NCBI GenBank assembly: GCA_903918595.1
Contig: CAIXFB010000301.1
Location: forward strand, 1 to 38,561
DNA: 38,561 nucleotides
Direction of reading: 5' to 3'
From: an uncultured Actinomycetes bacterium
GTDB taxonomy: Bacteria; Actinomycetota; Actinomycetes; S36-B12
The notes beneath the pieces were generated by a model, which worked only from the letters and a program-made list of their open reading frames with translations, did no database searches and was not told the DNA's origin. Positions 29,129-38,329 of this stretch are shown piece after piece (within the stretch, counting starts at the first letter, position 1; the number at the start of each line of letters is the position of its first letter). Made by a program: the position numbers and the translations under genes.

Positions 29129-29848
29129 TCTGGGAGGGCTAGGGTGGGAGAGCGGGCTGTAATTCTAGCGGGCGGCCAAGGCCGGCGTCTTGCACCGTAT
29201 ACAGCGATCCTTCCTAAACCTCTCATGCCCGTTTCCGAAGATGAATCCATCATTGAGCATTTGCTTAGGGGTGTTGCATCTGCAGGCATCTCTGAGGTTA
29301 CGATCACGTTGGGTCACTTGGGCCACCTGATAGAGGCGGTGGTGGGGAACGGCAAACGGTTTGGATTGCGAATCGATTACACACGGGAAGACAAACCGCT
29401 TGGAACGGCGGGTCCATTGGCACTCGTGCGCGGGGTCACGGCAGAAGACAGCATTTTAGTTATCAATGGCGATACTTTCACAAATCTTGATTTCCGTGAA
29501 GTCTTGAACAGGCTCAATGAATCTACTGAGGCCGTAATCACTTGCGTTGAGCGGCGTCTTGACTCTAATTATGGTGTTGTTCATTTTGACGAAAGGGGGT
29601 TAATGTCCGCTTACGACGAAAAGCCTTCTTTTGGCTTTGTAGTTAGTACGGGGATTTACGGATTGCGGGGCAGCGCTCTTGATTGTATCCAACCCAATGA
29701 ACGTTTAGATATGCCGGATTTACTCAGGACTTTACGGGCAAGGGGTCGAAGTGTGGTTTGCTTTCTAGCCGAATGTGAATGGAAAGACTTGGGACGCCCA
29801 GCGGATTTCGAGGAACTGCATCAGCAACGATCGACCGAGTCAAGTTAA
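29105..29848 (+). CDS. Sugar-1-phosphate nucleotidyltransferase (mannose-1-P guanylyltransferase-like)
   Basis: AVILAGGQGRRLAPYTAILPKPLMPV, EDKPLGTAGPL, VINGD, EKP, GIY, WKDLGRP. The likely start is GTG 29144 after GGGAGG. Confidence 0.9.
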   Translation: MDSVHQLQSGRARVGERAVILAGGQGRRLAPYTAILPKPLMPVSEDESIIEHLLRGVASAGISEVTITLGHLGHLIEAVVGNGKRFGLRIDYTREDKPLGTAGPLALVRGVTAEDSILVINGDTFTNLDFREVLNRLNESTEAVITCVERRLDSNYGVVHFDERGLMSAYDEKPSFGFVVSTGIYGLRGSALDCIQPNERLDMPDLLRTLRARGRSVVCFLAECEWKDLGRPADFEELHQQRSTESS

Positions 29849-29853
29849 TTTAA

Positions 29854-30702
29854 ATGAGATTGCTCAACTCGGGTCGCGCTTTAATTCTTGGCTCAGGTGG
29901 CTACCTAGGGCAACGTATCTTGGACTCGGGTGGTGACCGATATCAACCGCTATCTGTATCCCGCATTCGCACTCAAAAGGATCTTGTTCGTTTTGCACAA
30001 GAGGTTGAGGATGCCCTCGAGACAAGTCCTGAGGCCGCATTAGTCAATTGTATTGGCGCCCGCATAGGCTCACAAGATGAACTGGAGCTTCTGAACGCGC
30101 TTGTCCCGCAAGCGCTAGTGAAAGTATCGGCCATCCGTGATACTAAATTGATTCACTTGGGATCTGCAGCTGAGACTCTCAAAATCACCGATCAGGCTAA
30201 TCTCGGTACGAATACTCAAGTTAGTGTTTCGTCAAGATACGGTCAATCAAAGAGATCTGGAGCTCAAGCGTGCCTCGCTTATGACAATTCGGCCGTATTA
30301 AGAATCTATAATTTGCATGGACTACCACATCCCCCAAAGAGCGGTTTGCATGAACTATGCAGAAGGGTGAGGGGAGTCTCTGAGGATTGGGAGACCCTGC
30401 CGCTTGTTAATACCACCCGAGATTATGTTCACTGGCGGGAAGTTTCCGCAATGGTTGAGAAATGTTTGAATGGTGAATTGCATGGCCTAGTTGATGTCTG
30501 CTCGGGTTTTGGAGTATCCATGTCTGAAATTGTTGAGGGATTTCAATCGGATATCCGAGAGAAAGTTTCACAGCAACTCGCCGCCGCTGACCTTTTCCAA
30601 TCTTCCATCGGCCCAAATCAACCTGGGCATTCATCATATAAAGATAAGAATGAGTTGCTGGAAGTCCTGCGATCAGAGGTTATTGAATGCGCATCCTCCT
30701 AG
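29854..30702 (+). CDS. NAD-dependent epimerase/dehydratase (extended SDR)
   Basis: ILGSGGYLG, LVNCIG, HLGSAAE, YGQSK, LRIYNLHG, RDYVH, CSG. Confidence 0.8.
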   Translation: MRLLNSGRALILGSGGYLGQRILDSGGDRYQPLSVSRIRTQKDLVRFAQEVEDALETSPEAALVNCIGARIGSQDELELLNALVPQALVKVSAIRDTKLIHLGSAAETLKITDQANLGTNTQVSVSSRYGQSKRSGAQACLAYDNSAVLRIYNLHGLPHPPKSGLHELCRRVRGVSEDWETLPLVNTTRDYVHWREVSAMVEKCLNGELHGLVDVCSGFGVSMSEIVEGFQSDIREKVSQQLAAADLFQSSIGPNQPGHSSYKDKNELLEVLRSEVIECASS

Positions 30703-31808
30703 TCCACAGCTTTTATCGTCCTGGATTGCCATCAGGCGAAAATTCAGTCGTTATCGACCAAGCGAAACTCCTGAGCGATAGTGGATATGAAGTTGAAGTG
30801 TGGGGACCAACGAGTCCCGATCAAATGAGTCCTAAAAATCAAATCAAACTTGGTTCTCAGATTGCGACAGGTAGAGGCCTAGATCCACTCTCATTTATTG
30901 AAAGTTTCCAACCGGATATGGTGCACGTTCATAACACATTCCCAAATGTTGGCACCCGATGGCTGGCTCGATGTGAAGTTCCTATCGCTATGTCACTTCA
31001 CAACTACCGCACAGTATGTGCAAACGGTGTGCTTACCCGAGACTCACAGCAATGCACCAGCTGCCTAACTGGTTCAACAATCAATGCAGTGATACACAGT
31101 TGTTACAAAGATTCTGTAATTGCCACCGCACCGATTGTTTTTTTTCAGCGACATTTGCGAGCAGCTATTTCGAGGAGTATCGAGACACTTATTTTCACCT
31201 CGGAAATCTCACGGGAAATTCTGAGCCCACATCTCTCGTTCACGAATTCAATTGTGCTTCCAAATTATGTGGCGGAAGTGCAAGCAAAAGTAGAGTGTGT
31301 TCCTGCGCACACGACTGAACCTTATTACGTCGTCGTAAGTCGATTAACCCCGGAAAAGGGAGTGAAGCAACTGCTTGATATTTGGCCTCGCGAGAGGAAA
31401 CTGTTTGTCATCGGAGATGGACCTCAACGGACCGAGCTCGAACGGATTTCCGCTCAGTCCAATGTGCATTTTTTGGGATACGTCCATTCTGAAATCCGAG
31501 ACGCATTACTTAGTCAGGCACGAGCGCTCATTCTTCCTAGTGTCACATTGGAGGCTGATCCAGTTGTTGTGGCACAAGCCTTGAGCGCTGGTACGCCATG
31601 CATCGTGAATCAGTTCACCGCGACAGCGAGCTTGGCCAACGAGTCCCCTGCAATTCGTGTTTACCAAGACTCCAATTCATTGGCTAAAGTGATCGCAGAC
31701 CTAACGTCATGTGATGTAAGGCATTCTGCTCGCATACTCTATGAAGATAGATGGTCTGCGAAGTCATGGCTATGCACGTATGAGGCGAGTGTTTTGCATC
31801 GTAAGTAG
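30687..31808 (+). CDS. GT4 glycosyltransferase
   Basis: MRILLVHSFY..PSGE, PDMVHVHNTFP, LHNYRTVCANG, RLTPEKG, IGDGP, LILPS..LE. Confidence 0.9.
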   Translation: MRILLVHSFYRPGLPSGENSVVIDQAKLLSDSGYEVEVWGPTSPDQMSPKNQIKLGSQIATGRGLDPLSFIESFQPDMVHVHNTFPNVGTRWLARCEVPIAMSLHNYRTVCANGVLTRDSQQCTSCLTGSTINAVIHSCYKDSVIATAPIVFFQRHLRAAISRSIETLIFTSEISREILSPHLSFTNSIVLPNYVAEVQAKVECVPAHTTEPYYVVVSRLTPEKGVKQLLDIWPRERKLFVIGDGPQRTELERISAQSNVHFLGYVHSEIRDALLSQARALILPSVTLEADPVVVAQALSAGTPCIVNQFTATASLANESPAIRVYQDSNSLAKVIADLTSCDVRHSARILYEDRWSAKSWLCTYEASVLHRK

Positions 31809-31853
31809 TTAAAGAAACTAGCAGGTCACCCCGTTGATCTACAGCGCAACGTC

Positions 31854-31859
31854 TATCAT
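31854..31859 (+). promoter_or_regulatory. Candidate -10 TATCAT of a leaderless promoter
   Basis: TATCAT-catccc-ATG(31866), no SD. Confidence 0.5.
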
Positions 31860-31865
31860 CATCCC

Positions 31866-33266
31866 ATGGCAGTGAACAAATTGGCAAGATCGTGGGCGTT
31901 CACTGCTGTTGGAATGGTAGCTCTATTTGTTGCGCTTACATTTTCATTTTTGACAAATGGATTTGCTGTCGCGCCTTGGAATGAGTGGGCTGCGTGGGAG
32001 CGGGGTTCAGAGGCAATGGTCATGAAAAGAATAGAAGTGGATCTTGTTAACCGAGATTCCTCGGTGTTGGGACTGGCGGCATACGCCGGCGATGACTTTA
32101 GTGTCTACGACAGACTCTCCTCGGAAGGCCTTTTAACTCTTGAATCCACAGCTCCTAATGAATTCATCGCCTATGAAAGTGAGGTCGGTGGTCAAGCGTA
32201 CTTTTGGTCAGTCATCTGGCGTGATTTTGGATGTTCATCGATCAGTTGTTTACGTGCAGTCGGCTCTGCCCTGACGGCTGCTTCAGTTATTGCCATGTTT
32301 TTCGTGCTTAGCCAAGTCGGATCCAAAGGGCTAGGTTGGGCGTGGCTCATTTCCACAGGTTTTTCTCCGTGGATTGCATTTGCTGCAAGAAACCTTTTTT
32401 GGTCTCCATGGTTGTATTTTCTACCCGCAATCGCAGCCCTCGGCGTTGTGGTCGCTCGATCATCGCGTTGGCGTTGGATCGCATTAGGCGGTGTATTTTT
32501 AGCATTCGTAGTCAAATACTTGGGAACGGGTTATCACGAATTTACTGCATTCACCATGCTCGCAGCAGCTATGCCAATTATTGCCATCATCTTTCGAAGC
32601 AGATTCATGGGGAATCGAAGCTATCAATTGGCTAATTCGATACTCATCCTCGCAAGTTCAGCTCTAGCATTCGCCTTAGTGCTGTCTTTCCATGCGGTCC
32701 TCTTGACTGGAAGTATCATCACGGGACTTCAGCGAATATGGTCCAACACCATTGTCCGAAGAACTCATGGAGGCCTAGGTGAGAGCGATCCAATCTATTC
32801 AGATTCATTGAATTCGAGTCCCCTTGATGTTGTTTGGAAATATGTGTGGAAGGACTGGTCTACGGATCTTCTGAGCTTTTCCATTGACAAAAACGGGAGT
32901 GTCATCTCAATCAGTCTTGGTAGCGCTGCGTTCATCCTCCTGATTTTTGCAAGTTGTGTGATTGTTATCCTGCGATTAGCAGTTGGCGATCAGCTGTGGC
33001 GTAGAGACGCCACGCTCCTTGCAATGGGATTCCTGATCCCGGTGGTCTGGTTCATATCCGCAAAGGGATATTCCTACCTTCACACATTCATTCTCTTTTT
33101 TCTTTGGTATTTCCTCTTTGTTCCGGTGCTTTTGTTCGTTGTTGGATCATTTGCCTGGGGATACCGCTATGTTCTGGGAATCAAAGCCCCGATCCCTGTT
33201 TCTTCAGCCACCAAGAGCTTGGAAGGCTCCGCAAATAACATTGTGAGCAATGAGGCAAATGGATAG
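31866..33266 (+). CDS. Polytopic membrane protein, putative GT-C (GtrC/GtrII-like) glycosyltransferase
   Basis: One N-terminal TM, an acidic loop (ERGSE...YESEVGGQ) and many TMs, with ARNLFW, GYHEF and SAKGYSYLH. It overlaps the downstream polyprenol-P GT2. Function is inferred. Confidence 0.6.
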   Translation: MAVNKLARSWAFTAVGMVALFVALTFSFLTNGFAVAPWNEWAAWERGSEAMVMKRIEVDLVNRDSSVLGLAAYAGDDFSVYDRLSSEGLLTLESTAPNEFIAYESEVGGQAYFWSVIWRDFGCSSISCLRAVGSALTAASVIAMFFVLSQVGSKGLGWAWLISTGFSPWIAFAARNLFWSPWLYFLPAIAALGVVVARSSRWRWIALGGVFLAFVVKYLGTGYHEFTAFTMLAAAMPIIAIIFRSRFMGNRSYQLANSILILASSALAFALVLSFHAVLLTGSIITGLQRIWSNTIVRRTHGGLGESDPIYSDSLNSSPLDVVWKYVWKDWSTDLLSFSIDKNGSVISISLGSAAFILLIFASCVIVILRLAVGDQLWRRDATLLAMGFLIPVVWFISAKGYSYLHTFILFFLWYFLFVPVLLFVVGSFAWGYRYVLGIKAPIPVSSATKSLEGSANNIVSNEANG

Positions 33267-34038
33267 GCGGGATCTTTACTCAAAACAAACATGGGTTGTG
33301 ATGCCAGCTTTTAACGCTGCCAAAACCATTATTGCGACTTATGAAGATCTCCCTCGCGAACTTCAAGATCAAGTCATTGTTGTTGATGATTCATCCAAAG
33401 ATGAAACTGCAGTGATCGCTGAATCAATGGGCTTGATCGTAATTCGCCACAAAGAGAACCGCGGTTACGGGGGAAACCAAAAGACCTGTTATAAGACAGC
33501 GCTTGAGCGCGGAGCTGAATATGTGGTCATGGTCCATCCGGATTTTCAATATGACGCGCGAATGGCATCTGTGATGGTAGAAATCATTGCACTAGGGAAC
33601 TGCGATGTGGTTTTGGGGAATCGAATAAGAACCCGAAAAGAAGCTAGAGAAGGTGGAATGCCTCTATGGAAGTACCTGGCCAATCGATCTTCCACATTAG
33701 TTGAGAATCTGATCTTAGGTCAATCAATTGGAGACTTTCATTCGGGAATGCGAGCATACTCACGAAGAGTTCTGGAGACACTGCCGCTCGAATACAACTC
33801 AGACGATTTTGCCTTCGATCAGGAATTCCTAGTGCAAGCAGTTGCAGCGGGTTTTCGAATCGGCGATGTGCCAGTACCAGTTAGGTACATGTCGGAAGCT
33901 TCGTCAATCAGCTTCCAAAGGAGCATGACATATGCGTGGGGCGGCCTGAGCGTCGTGGGCGCGTTTCTTTTACACAGGGCTGGTCTGCGTAAGGATCGAC
34001 GTTTTATTTTTCGTGGAGAGGAGGACCTTAGTGGTTAG
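33250..34038 (+). CDS. Polyprenol-phosphate glycosyltransferase (DPM1/Ppm1-like GT2)
   Basis: VVMPAFN, VVDDSSKD, NRGYGGNQK, MVHPDFQY, VLGNR, DFHSGMRAY, FAFDQE, VPVPVRY. Confidence 0.88.
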   Translation: MRQMDRRDLYSKQTWVVMPAFNAAKTIIATYEDLPRELQDQVIVVDDSSKDETAVIAESMGLIVIRHKENRGYGGNQKTCYKTALERGAEYVVMVHPDFQYDARMASVMVEIIALGNCDVVLGNRIRTRKEAREGGMPLWKYLANRSSTLVENLILGQSIGDFHSGMRAYSRRVLETLPLEYNSDDFAFDQEFLVQAVAAGFRIGDVPVPVRYMSEASSISFQRSMTYAWGGLSVVGAFLLHRAGLRKDRRFIFRGEEDLSG

Positions 34039-34711
34039 GTATGAAGTCAAGGGTCACAAGTTTTCCAGCCATTCTGTGGTTCTTCAGGAGGTGGGCGAGG
34101 GAGGTGGGAGAAAATTGCTCGATGTTGGCTGCGCTGATGGTCAAATGTCAGAGCGCTTTGCGGATCAAGGGTGGAACGTGTTCGGGATAGAGCCTCACTC
34201 GACAGATGCTGTTCGAGCTCGTGAGCGAGGGATAGCTGTAATGCAGTTGTCTCTAGAAGAAGCACTAGACGAGTTGGGTGGGAAATTCTCCGCCATAATC
34301 CTTGCAGATGTGTTGGAGCATTTTTCGGACCCTTGGACCCAACTTGAACGTCTTACTCAGCTTCTAGAGCCTGATGGTTTGGTAATCATTTCGATCCCGA
34401 ACATCGCACATTTGGTTCCCCGCGCTCGACTGCTCGCAGGTAAATTCGAGTATGAAGAACGAGGCATCATGGACCGCACTCACTTACGTTTTTTCACCCG
34501 AGGTTCGGCTCTGACTATGGTTACAGAGAGCGGATTAGATTGTGTAAAACTGATTGTTACTCCGACTCCTCTGGAGTTAGTGTTTCCAAAAATCCTCAAT
34601 AGTCCGCTTGGTCGCCGTACATTGTCGATAAATGCCAGATTATCGAGGGCTGCTCCCAAGTTATTCGGGTATCAATTCGTCATGGTGTGCCGATCAAAAA
34701 ACTATGAATAA
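34013..34711 (+). CDS. Class I SAM-dependent methyltransferase
   Basis: LLDVGCADG, ILADVLEH.SDP, SIPNIAH, F.YEERGIMDRTHLRFFT. The likely start is GTG 34031, overlapping the upstream stop. Confidence 0.9.
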   Translation: MERRTLVVRYEVKGHKFSSHSVVLQEVGEGGGRKLLDVGCADGQMSERFADQGWNVFGIEPHSTDAVRARERGIAVMQLSLEEALDELGGKFSAIILADVLEHFSDPWTQLERLTQLLEPDGLVIISIPNIAHLVPRARLLAGKFEYEERGIMDRTHLRFFTRGSALTMVTESGLDCVKLIVTPTPLELVFPKILNSPLGRRTLSINARLSRAAPKLFGYQFVMVCRSKNYE

Positions 34712-34812
34712 ACTTTCAAAGGATATTGAGCCAAGTTTTGTGTTGACGTTAGCAAGAATTAACAAGGCCTGTTCCAACCCACAGTATTGGCACGGTTAAA
34801 GGAGCTGATGGA

Positions 34813-35952
34813 TTGAGTCGACTAATGATTGTGCAACCGTATATCCCTGCTTACAGGGTTTCCTTTTTCCAGGGTTTGCGCGAGGAACTTGCTAATTCTG
34901 GTATCGATTTGAAAATAGTAGCCGCAAGGCCCACGGGCGCAGCAAAAGCACGGAAGGATGAAGCCGGATCGAGAGTCGTTGATGGTTACCTTACTCAACG
35001 GTCGGCCACTTTTGCGGGTAAATCTACGAGTCTCCGGTTTATTGGTAACTCCATACGTCACTATCGTCCCAACCTCATTATTGTCGAGCAAGCGGTGAAA
35101 AATCTGGAGATCTATCCGCTGATGGTCAGGCATCGCCTTGGAAAGTCAGCTCCTATTGGCATGTGGGGTCAAGGAAAGACTTTCTCATCGCAACAGCACA
35201 GGGTTATTAGTGCTGCGAAGGACTGGATCACAGTACATAATGACTGGTTCTTTGCGTACACTGAGGAAGGCGCGAACTACCTAGTTAGTCGTGGATATGA
35301 CACGAAGCGCATTACAGTTCTTCAAAACACAATTGATACCCGAGAACTTCTAGCAGATCTGCGCGAAGTTGGTGACGAAGAAGTTCAAGCTTTCCATCAT
35401 CGCCACCAATTAGTCAAAGGTAAAACAGCAATATTCATAGGCGCTGTCGACCCGTCAAAAGGTATTGAATTTTTACTTGAGTCGGCACGAATAGTGCAAA
35501 GGGAGATCCCTGAATTCAAATTGCTAATCGTTGGAAATGGCGTAAGTACTGACTTGGTCCGGCAGGCTGAGTCTGCCGGCGATCCGATTATTTATTTGGG
35601 AAGGCTCGAAGGAAGCTTGAAGGCTCTTGCCCTTCGTGCCTCTGATTTTATGATGATTCCGCAGTGGGTTGGCCTAGTTGCAGTGGACTCTCTAGTGGCG
35701 GGGTGTCCGATTGTCACTTCGGACCATCCAACGCACTCGCCAGAATTCAGTTATTTAGAAAACCGCCGTAATTCAATCGTTGTTCCGCATGATGATGTGG
35801 CATATTCAGGTGCCGTGATTGCACTCATCAGGGACCCTTCAATGTTGCTAACTTTGCAGGATAGGGCCGCTCTTGATTCCGCAAATTTCACTATGGAACA
35901 GATGATTGACAATTTCGCGAGTGGGGTGCGAAACTGGCTCTCTTCAAAATGA
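34813..35952 (+). CDS. GT4 glycosyltransferase
   Basis: IPAYRVSFF, WGQG, QNTID, FIGAVDPSKG, IVGNG, VGLVAVDSL..GCPIVT...HSPE; AAGGAG SD upstream. Confidence 0.87.
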   Translation: MSRLMIVQPYIPAYRVSFFQGLREELANSGIDLKIVAARPTGAAKARKDEAGSRVVDGYLTQRSATFAGKSTSLRFIGNSIRHYRPNLIIVEQAVKNLEIYPLMVRHRLGKSAPIGMWGQGKTFSSQQHRVISAAKDWITVHNDWFFAYTEEGANYLVSRGYDTKRITVLQNTIDTRELLADLREVGDEEVQAFHHRHQLVKGKTAIFIGAVDPSKGIEFLLESARIVQREIPEFKLLIVGNGVSTDLVRQAESAGDPIIYLGRLEGSLKALALRASDFMMIPQWVGLVAVDSLVAGCPIVTSDHPTHSPEFSYLENRRNSIVVPHDDVAYSGAVIALIRDPSMLLTLQDRAALDSANFTMEQMIDNFASGVRNWLSSK

Positions 35953-35982
35953 ATTGCTGCAGAGACTGTTAGGTGCTTTAGA

Positions 35983-35988
35983 TATGCT
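35983..35988 (+). promoter_or_regulatory. Candidate -10 TATGCT of a leaderless promoter
   Basis: TATGCT-taagtt-ATG(35995), no SD. Confidence 0.5.
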
Positions 35989-35994
35989 TAAGTT

Positions 35995-36672
35995 ATGAGC
36001 ACGTCATTACGTTCAACTATCAGTATGGTTCTCACGCGGTTGAATCAACCAATCGGAAGATATAAGTTCAAGAAGGCACTAGAAAAGGCGCAGGAACCGC
36101 TTCGCATCGAGATAGGCGCATGGACTACCCGCCGTGAGGGCTGGATTTCTACGGATGTGCATTGGCGCAGTCAGACATATCTTGACGCCACTCGTAAATG
36201 GCCGGTCGCTGACAACTCAGTCGATTACATATATGCCGATAACGTGGTAGAGCACCTCACACTCGAACAAAATCGTTTCTTTTTTGAAGAGTCGCAGAGG
36301 GTTTTGAGACCTGATGGCCGTATTCGCTTAGTCACTCCTGACATAAGTGCGCTAGCGAGGCTTTACCTAGCTAGTCCTGAGGATGCAAGGCCTCTTCGAG
36401 ATGAACTATTACGGGAAGGCTATTCAATTCACCATCAAGTAGATCTACTGCGTTTTGCTTTTCAAGATGATGGTCATCATGAGGGCTATCTCTGGGATTT
36501 AGGCTCTCTTTCGGATGAATTGCTGCGTGCTGGACTCACTGGAGTGAGTGTCCATGAAGCAGGCTCGAGCCTTTATCAAGAGCTTAGTGGGCTGGAGGCT
36601 AGAGTTGGGACTCCGGTAGCAAACATATGCATAGTCGTCGAAGCCATGAAGCCACCTTCGATTTTGAAGTAG
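35995..36672 (+). CDS. Class I SAM-dependent methyltransferase (type 11-like)
   Basis: RIEIGA...GWISTD, DNSVDYIY..NVVEHL, RVLRPDGRIRLVTPD, VVEAMK. Confidence 0.85.
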   Translation: MSTSLRSTISMVLTRLNQPIGRYKFKKALEKAQEPLRIEIGAWTTRREGWISTDVHWRSQTYLDATRKWPVADNSVDYIYADNVVEHLTLEQNRFFFEESQRVLRPDGRIRLVTPDISALARLYLASPEDARPLRDELLREGYSIHHQVDLLRFAFQDDGHHEGYLWDLGSLSDELLRAGLTGVSVHEAGSSLYQELSGLEARVGTPVANICIVVEAMKPPSILK

Positions 36673-36885
36673 TATTTTTTGCACTTCAGATTTTTTAGGT
36701 TCAGGATTATTTCCTGCGCTTTGAGCCCCTTGATTTGACAAGTGTCAGCTGCCGCTCGCGTAAGAAATCCATAGCCATTCTTTTCTTTGGCCGGATTACG
36801 ATTAATGGCACCGAACCTCAAAAGATCCCCATGGCTGTTACTTCTCAACCAGGGCGCGTAGACCTCATCGACATTTCATTTATCA

Positions 36886-38298
36886 TCATCCGAGTTCTAC
36901 CAGTACGACCTGGCTCCTTTCGCAAATGATTTGCTTGGGGATTTGTTCGGGCAAAGAGCTACCGCGCAAGAGAATCAAATGGGTTGTGTTTACATCCCGC
37001 TCGCCTCTTGAAAGAGTGGAATCTAAGTGGACGATGCCAGACCATTCAGGATTATTGATCCGGGTGTTTTCCGCAATCCTGATTGGACCTTCTTCGGAAC
37101 TAGTGACGTACAACCAATTGCCAAGGATTTCAGTTTGGCTGTTGGGAACTTGAGCCAGACATTCACTCGCATGAAGCATTAATGAATTCGTATTCAAAAC
37201 AAAAGTGAGGCTCGCTTTTAGTATCCAGACGGCGATTAAAACTGGAACTATGAACCCGATTGCCAGAGTTCGTAAGCGTATATTTTGTGGATTTGTCAAA
37301 ACACTTGCAATTAGAAGTCCGAGAAGAAATGAAATTGGACCCATGTAGTAGGCCGTGAACCCCCAGGGGATCATTTGAACGTAATACCCGATTGCCGCGA
37401 ATGCGAAAATAGGGAAGTCCTTGCCCCGGGCTATTGGGGTTTGAGTCACCAGCAGCCACCACAAGGCTGCAATCAAGATTGCTCCATTGACTGGTTCCAA
37501 GATGCTAGATGCCCGGTTCCAAAATTCAGGGTCAAAAACATTAATGTCGTACCGTCCGGCATATGTGCCACTTCTAGACCACAAGAAATTTATGAGGAGG
37601 GTGGCTGCTCCTAGCCCAGCGCTGCTTAACGCGAGTTTACGTCTACCCTCTGTCCAGAGGACGATTGAATAGCCAAAAAGTATCCAGAGGAAGGGTCCCT
37701 TGAACCAAGCAGCAAGAAGCCAGAAAACTAGCCGAGATATTCGACCGTTGACCATAAGGCCCAAGGAGATGAGGGTTATACCGCCAACTTCTTGAATGGA
37801 GAGTAAAAGTAGCCCCTGATACAGAGTGCCTGCAGATATGAGGAGGATGATAAATATCATTCCAAGAAGGGGAAGTCTGGCTCCGTTGCGACGGAAATAC
37901 ACGAGTGGCCCGAGAATAATGCTGATCACCATGATTAATCGAATGAGGTGCGCAAGGTCAACAGGTAGTCCGTAAAGGAGAGGTGGGTACACCCAAGCTA
38001 AGGGACGGAAGACGCCACCCGCGAGGTCTCCTGATGCAAGTTCATTAATGCGCACGAGGATTCCCCGAATTACGCCTTGAGACTCAAAGAGGTCCTTCAT
38101 GGCAAGTACTTGACCGGGATCATCAACAGGTGACCATTGCCAGGGAATGCGCATCCAAAATATCATCAAGAAAATTGAAACTGCTCCCACGGAAATCCAG
38201 AAGAGCCGACCGCCTACTAACTTTTCCGAATTATGGGAATGGTTAGAGGTATTCACTAAATGTCCTATCGAATTGGAGAGCAGTGAATCGAACCACAA
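36886..38298 (-). CDS. Polytopic membrane protein, putative GT-C glycosyltransferase
   Basis: The first TM is followed by a VDDPG acidic motif and GVFRP, then many TMs and a soluble C-terminal domain. The start is uncertain and function is inferred. Confidence 0.55.
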   Translation of the reverse strand: MWFDSLLSNSIGHLVNTSNHSHNSEKLVGGRLFWISVGAVSIFLMIFWMRIPWQWSPVDDPGQVLAMKDLFESQGVIRGILVRINELASGDLAGGVFRPLAWVYPPLLYGLPVDLAHLIRLIMVISIILGPLVYFRRNGARLPLLGMIFIILLISAGTLYQGLLLLSIQEVGGITLISLGLMVNGRISRLVFWLLAAWFKGPFLWILFGYSIVLWTEGRRKLALSSAGLGAATLLINFLWSRSGTYAGRYDINVFDPEFWNRASSILEPVNGAILIAALWWLLVTQTPIARGKDFPIFAFAAIGYYVQMIPWGFTAYYMGPISFLLGLLIASVLTNPQNIRLRTLAIGFIVPVLIAVWILKASLTFVLNTNSLMLHASECLAQVPNSQTEILGNWLYVTSSEEGPIRIAENTRINNPEWSGIVHLDSTLSRGERDVNTTHLILLRGSSLPEQIPKQIICERSQVVLVELG

Positions 38299-38329
38299 TA
38301 GATTGAGAGTGTACCTGACATGACTCCTT

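Noticed and set aside
36680-36885. Small ORFs between the last methyltransferase and the membrane protein
   Set aside because: No motifs or convincing starts, and they overlap the neighbouring genes.
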